This document shows, piece by piece, positions 60,998 to 64,000 of a DNA stretch of 64,000 nucleotides. Numbering within the stretch: position 1 is the first letter of the stretch; each line of letters starts with the position of its first letter. The position numbers and the translations under genes were made by a program. Origin of the DNA: Armatimonadota bacterium (lineage in GTDB: Bacteria > Armatimonadota > SYMT01). The stretch lies in contig JAWLHY010000006.1 in the NCBI GenBank assembly GCA_041690135.1, positions 128,001-192,000 on the forward strand, in the 5' to 3' direction. Under the pieces are notes generated by a model. That model was given only the letters and a program-made list of their open reading frames with translations, ran no database searches and had not been told where the DNA came from.

Positions 60998-61044
60998 AAT
61001 GAATATGGGGGCCGAAAGCTTGGCTTTCGGCCCCCATATTCATT
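60998..61044. terminator. Bidirectional terminator, perfect 22-bp inverted repeat
   Basis: aatgaatatgggggccgaaagc-ttg-gctttcggcccccatattcatt between convergent genes. Confidence 0.8.
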
Positions 61045-61078
61045 GAGGTGTATTCAATAGGGTACCAACTCCACGAGC

Positions 61079-62041
61079 TCAGACCAGGCCGATCTCTCGA
61101 AGGCGCTGCAAGAGGTACTCGCCGGCAGTGATGTCGGGATAGCGCTTCTCACCCACCTGCTCCACGCAACAAGCCAGGGGAGCCAAACTCACGTCGGAGC
61201 GAGGGTGAACGAAGAACGGCATGGAAAAGCGGCGATCGCGGGAAGAGTCGGGATTGACCACCCGATGTGTGGTGCTCCGCATCACGCCGTTGGTCAGGTT
61301 CTGCAGCATGTCGCCCGCATCGACGATGATCTGCCCGGGGATCGCCTCAATCGGCAGCCAGGAACCGTCGCGCTGCTGGAGTTCCAGACCTCGATCCGTT
61401 GACTCGCAAAGCAGCGTGATCAGGTTAATATCCTCGTGCGGCGCGGCCCGCAGGCTAGCGGGGTCGGCGGTTTCCGGGACCGGCGGATAATGGATGATCC
61501 GCAGGATCGAGTTACCTTCCCTGGCGGTGTCGCTCAGGCCTAGGCCCTCTTCCCCCAACGCAGCACCCACGGCATCCAACAGGCGTATCGCGCAATGGTC
61601 GAGATGCGAATACAGTTCGCGGAAGACCGGCTCGAACTCCGGCACTTCGGCTGGCCACACGTTAGCGGGGTATTCTCGCGCGCGCGGATGCTCCGGAGAC
61701 ACTTCCCGACCGACGTGCCAGAACTCTTTCAGATCGGGAGCCGGGTGGTCTTTGGCATGCTCCTTCCCGAATCCAGTAAAACCTCGCTGGCCGTTGAGTC
61801 CCGTCAGTTCGTAGGCGCGTTTCACGGGCTCGGGTAGCTCGAAGAACCGCTCCGCCGCCGCATACGCCCGCTGAATGAGCTCCTGGTCCACGCCATGGTT
61901 CACCACGGCGAAGAAGCCGACGTCCGCGAGGGCTTCCCCCACTCCCCGCTCGAAAGCTGCCCTGGAGTCGGCTCCGGCCCACTGTTGTTCCATATCCAGC
62001 ACTGGAATTGACTGCTTCACCGTCCGGTTTGAATTCTCCAA
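61079..62041 (-). CDS. 2-oxoglutarate/Fe(II) dioxygenase (isopenicillin N synthase family)
   Basis: GFFAVVNHG, HEDINLITLL (HxD), THRV, RFS; TTG start after GAAGGAG. Confidence 0.92.
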   Translation of the reverse strand: MENSNRTVKQSIPVLDMEQQWAGADSRAAFERGVGEALADVGFFAVVNHGVDQELIQRAYAAAERFFELPEPVKRAYELTGLNGQRGFTGFGKEHAKDHPAPDLKEFWHVGREVSPEHPRAREYPANVWPAEVPEFEPVFRELYSHLDHCAIRLLDAVGAALGEEGLGLSDTAREGNSILRIIHYPPVPETADPASLRAAPHEDINLITLLCESTDRGLELQQRDGSWLPIEAIPGQIIVDAGDMLQNLTNGVMRSTTHRVVNPDSSRDRRFSMPFFVHPRSDVSLAPLACCVEQVGEKRYPDITAGEYLLQRLREIGLV

Positions 62042-62124
62042 CGATCAGCTCCTTCGGTCCGGATCTCCATCAAGTTCTGACCAGCCGCAAGACAGGGTGA
62101 CTCAGTCTTCCTCATGGCGCGTTG

Positions 62125-62262
62125 TTCTGTCGCCCCTTCCATCACCCACTTCGTGGGTACCCGACGCATGCGCCAGGGCTGTTCTGTGCGGGCACCAAGT
62201 CCGGGGGCTTGCACCCCCCTGCCCGCATGTGGGCGCCCGCCTCCCGCCGCCCCTCCGGGGCT
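62125..62262. repeat. Degenerate REP-like element (CGCCCCT..GGGCT type) carrying two mini-hairpins
   Basis: tctgtcgcccct...gggct...gggggcttgcacccc...cgcccctccggggct. Confidence 0.5.
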
Positions 62263-62399
62263 ACAGAATCGACTTTACCGAAAACCGAACCACCCAGTCC
62301 CCGGAGACGCGCACTGCCCCTTGGCGATGCCAAATATGACCGTCTGCCGTTAACATACAGGAGGTGAGCGGAGCCTTTCACCGCCGCTCGAGGAATATT

Positions 62400-62804
62400 A
62401 TGTCCGGTCGCCTGTTCCGCATCCTGGCTGCTTTGTTTATCGGCCTGCCGCTGCTCGACACGCTGCTGCTCGTCTTCCTGGGACGCTACATCGGGTTCTG
62501 GACAACGATCGCGGTGGTTATCATCAGCGGCTTTCTTGGGGCGGGCCTCGCCAAGTCCCAGGGCCTGCAGGTCTGGTGGAACATCCAACGCGATCTTTCC
62601 GAAGGCCGGGTGCCCGCGCAGGGGATTGTAGACGGCGTGATTATCCTGGTCGCCGGAGGCATGCTCATGGCGCCCGGTTTCATCACGGATATCCTGGGGC
62701 TGGCGTTGCTAGTGCCCGCCGTAAGAGCCCCCATCAAGGCGCAGCTCCGCCGGCGGGCCGAACGGGCATTCCTTTCGACCTCCCGTAGTCCGTTCCCTTA
62801 CTGA
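62400..62804 (+). CDS. fxsA: FxsA-family membrane protein
   Basis: IGFWTT, GAGLAKSQG, PGFITDILG. Confidence 0.9.
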   Translation: MSGRLFRILAALFIGLPLLDTLLLVFLGRYIGFWTTIAVVIISGFLGAGLAKSQGLQVWWNIQRDLSEGRVPAQGIVDGVIILVAGGMLMAPGFITDILGLALLVPAVRAPIKAQLRRRAERAFLSTSRSPFPY

Positions 62805-64000
62805 TCCTGCACGGAAGAGCTCTCTTCATCCGGCCTGGCGTCGCGTGCCTGGAGACGGGCCGCCACCTTGGGGTCGCCGATGTGCAAGGTATCGTAAGCC
62901 TGCTGGCTCGAGGTGAATGGCCCCTCGTGGGTCTCGGAGCCATGCCAGTTCAGGTTGGTGTGCATCGGGTTGGGGTTGCCGGTTTCCGCTTCGCGGCGTG
63001 CAATCCACGCTTCCATCCGCTGCTTCAGCGCGGCCACCACCTCCGGTTCCTGTTCCGCCAGGTTGTGGTCCTCGTTGGGATCGGTGATGAGATTGTAGAG
63101 CTCGACCTCCGGCTTGAAGTGGAAGTCCGGCTCCAGGGCCACGTGCAGTTTCCATTCCGGCGTACGCCAGCCGTGCTTCCGCATCCAGGTGCACTCGGTG
63201 ATGTAAAAATCCGACCAGTTGCTCGCGCGCTCGCCCTGTACCAGCGGAAGCAGGCTCTTCCCATCGAACCGGGTCTCCGTGGGGATGTCGAGCAAATCGA
63301 GGACGGTAGGTACCAGGTCCTGATGCAGGGTGTAGCCGGGGACCCGTACCCCCTGCGGGAGCCGGGGGTGGCGCATGATCAACGGCACGTGCAGCGTGCA
63401 ATCATACATGCCGTGATGATCGAAGTAGCACTCGTGATCCATCAGGGTTTCCCCGTGGTCTCCGTTGAGGATCACCAGGGTGTTTTCCGCCAGCCCTAAC
63501 ACTTCCAGGCGCTGGAAGATCCGCTGGATGCAAGCGTCCATGTAGGCGACGGCACCGTCGTACTGGGCGATGACATACTCCGCATCGGTGATGCCGGGCG
63601 GCATCCAGGCAGCGAAGTAATCGCGGAACGGCTTGAACTCCTTCACCGGATCCATCGAGCGGTTGGTGGGATCGCATGGATCTCCGTCGTAGAACAGGTG
63701 TTCGAACGGCTCCGGGGGCAGGTAGGGGCTGTGCGGATCCATGTGCCGGAGGAAGAGGAAGAAGGGCTTCTCGCCCTGGGCCAGTCGATCCAGCTCCGGG
63801 AGGGCCACTTCGTTCAGGTTCTCGGCCTTCCGGCTCGGACGCGCCTCCCAACTGCCCCACGCGGGATAGCTTAGATAATTATCAAAGCCACGCGAGCTGG
63901 GATTGCCGCTGAAGCCGACGCAGGTGGTTTCGTAGCCCTGCTCTCCCAGGATCTCCGCCAGGGTCTTCACTTTCGGAGTGAGCCCGCCCTGGTGCCGCAG
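62798..64000 (-). CDS. Sulfatase-family hydrolase, 5' end outside window
   Basis: TLAEIL...GYET, DPHSPY, YDGAVAYMD, GDHGE, DLVPT, ELYNL..DP.E..NL. Confidence 0.9.
   Translation of the reverse strand: MRHQGGLTPKVKTLAEILGEQGYETTCVGFSGNPSSRGFDNYLSYPAWGSWEARPSRKAENLNEVALPELDRLAQGEKPFFLFLRHMDPHSPYLPPEPFEHLFYDGDPCDPTNRSMDPVKEFKPFRDYFAAWMPPGITDAEYVIAQYDGAVAYMDACIQRIFQRLEVLGLAENTLVILNGDHGETLMDHECYFDHHGMYDCTLHVPLIMRHPRLPQGVRVPGYTLHQDLVPTVLDLLDIPTETRFDGKSLLPLVQGERASNWSDFYITECTWMRKHGWRTPEWKLHVALEPDFHFKPEVELYNLITDPNEDHNLAEQEPEVVAALKQRMEAWIARREAETGNPNPMHTNLNWHGSETHEGPFTSSQQAYDTLHIGDPKVAARLQARDARPDEESSSVQDQ

Noticed and set aside
61079-62041. Beta-lactam biosynthesis (isopenicillin N synthase)
   Set aside because: Generic 2OG-Fe(II) oxygenase with no NRPS or cluster context

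Overview
High-GC bacterial chromosomal window from a diderm organism. The gene mix (two DUF1559-type prepilin/H-X9-DG proteins, a PEP-CTERM protein, DUF4058, a tamB-bamA-skp-lpxD cluster) suggests Armatimonadota or a similar lineage; this is inference, not a database result. About 50 CDS can be supported. Core genes: mfd, plsC, murB, lpxD, skp, bamA, tamB, an ECF sigma factor, a short rho and a CBS-type Mn-pyrophosphatase. Also present: a sugar ABC transporter, hydrolases and oxidoreductases, and a lone MmeI-family (type IIL) restriction-modification gene. I found no rRNA, tRNA, CRISPR array, transposase or integrase. The least explained signal is non-coding: between about 18.6 and 32.4 kb, unrelated accessory genes are separated by a dispersed repeat with a 142-145 nt period and interchangeable REP-like hairpin heads. 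A ~20-nt GGGT-RCCC hairpin also appears inserted into other repeats, and a 23-bp direct repeat brackets the R-M gene, whose target-recognition region looks compositionally foreign. A PilB/GspE homologue has lost most catalytic motifs while keeping its scaffold. Start codons were chosen by eye and may be off.
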